DNA of 64,000 nucleotides from Anaerolineales bacterium (GTDB taxonomy: Bacteria; Chloroflexota; Anaerolineae; Anaerolineales; Villigracilaceae), in assembly GCA_030018695.1 (NCBI GenBank), contig JASEHI010000004.1:774-64773 (forward strand), written 5' to 3'. Below are positions 63,761-64,000 of the stretch, one piece after another. The notes beneath the pieces were generated by a model. It ran no database searches and was not told where the DNA came from. It saw only the letters and a list, made by a program, of their open reading frames with translations. Positions within the stretch are counted from its first letter, which is position 1. Every line of letters starts with the position of its first letter. The position numbers and the translations under genes are program-made.

Positions 63761-64000
63761 ATGCCCGCCAACGCCTTCATCACCAACTCCCAAGCGCACA
63801 CGCTGAAGAAGCGGCTGGATGAACTCATCCAGCACAGCCAGGAACTCAAATTCCTGGTGGGCTTTTTCTATTTCTCCGGCTGGCGCGAACTGTACGAAAG
63901 CCTGAAAAGCCAAAACGACCTGACCATCAAGTTACTGGTCGGGCTGGATGTGGATAAATCGCTCGACCGCGTGCTCGAAGTTGCCAAAGAAGGCGATTCG
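63761..64000 (+). CDS. 5' end of an HKD(PLD-like)-nuclease/helicase fusion gene; partial, continues past the right edge
   Basis: My translation is MPANAFITNSQAHTLKKRLDELIQHSQELKFLVGFFYFSGWRELYESLKSQNDLTIKLLVGLDVD. This pattern is typical of the N-terminal NgoFVII/PLD-like domain of SNF2-type defence helicases. Confidence 0.55.
   Translation, partial: MPANAFITNSQAHTLKKRLDELIQHSQELKFLVGFFYFSGWRELYESLKSQNDLTIKLLVGLDVDKSLDRVLEVAKEGDS

Overview
This is a GC-rich bacterial chromosomal window. I saw no rRNA, no CRISPR array and no intact tRNA. The gene content suggests a Chloroflexota-like genome, but that is inference only. The relevant genes are coenzyme F420 biosynthesis (npdG, cofE, cofD, cofC), a membrane H+-pyrophosphatase, a GldA/F/G-type ABC system, a five-gene polytopic (GT-C-like) glycosyltransferase cluster behind rpoD, three MoeA-type genes, and two SsnA paralogs with a DPD-like reductase. 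The window also carries a very heavy load of short interspersed repeats. Roughly two thirds of it is ordinary housekeeping. Three accessory patches stand out. (i) 1-5200 holds a partial P-loop ATPase, an SNF2/DUF3883 helicase-nuclease and an AlbA_2 regulator, next to an integrase fragment and a tRNA-like remnant. (ii) 9039-12950 is an integron-like array of attC-bounded cassettes with no integrase in view. The cassettes carry a SAM methyltransferase, an AT-rich PD-(D/E)xK protein and a decayed hicAB. The first attC carries an ORF-less group II intron inserted antisense exactly inside its R'' box. (iii) 60626-64000 is a decayed methylase/helicase defence-type locus. It has been colonised by a 109-bp MITE (9-bp target duplication, second copy at 48640), a REP/RAYT set, and DUF433/DUF5615 and RHH/HNH pairs. 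Two themes recur. Small accessory modules are bracketed by 58-128-bp direct duplications of the end of the neighbouring gene. Palindromic or heptamer repeats are inserted in frame into conserved enzymes. All functional calls rest on motif recognition by eye, and nothing was verified by a database search.
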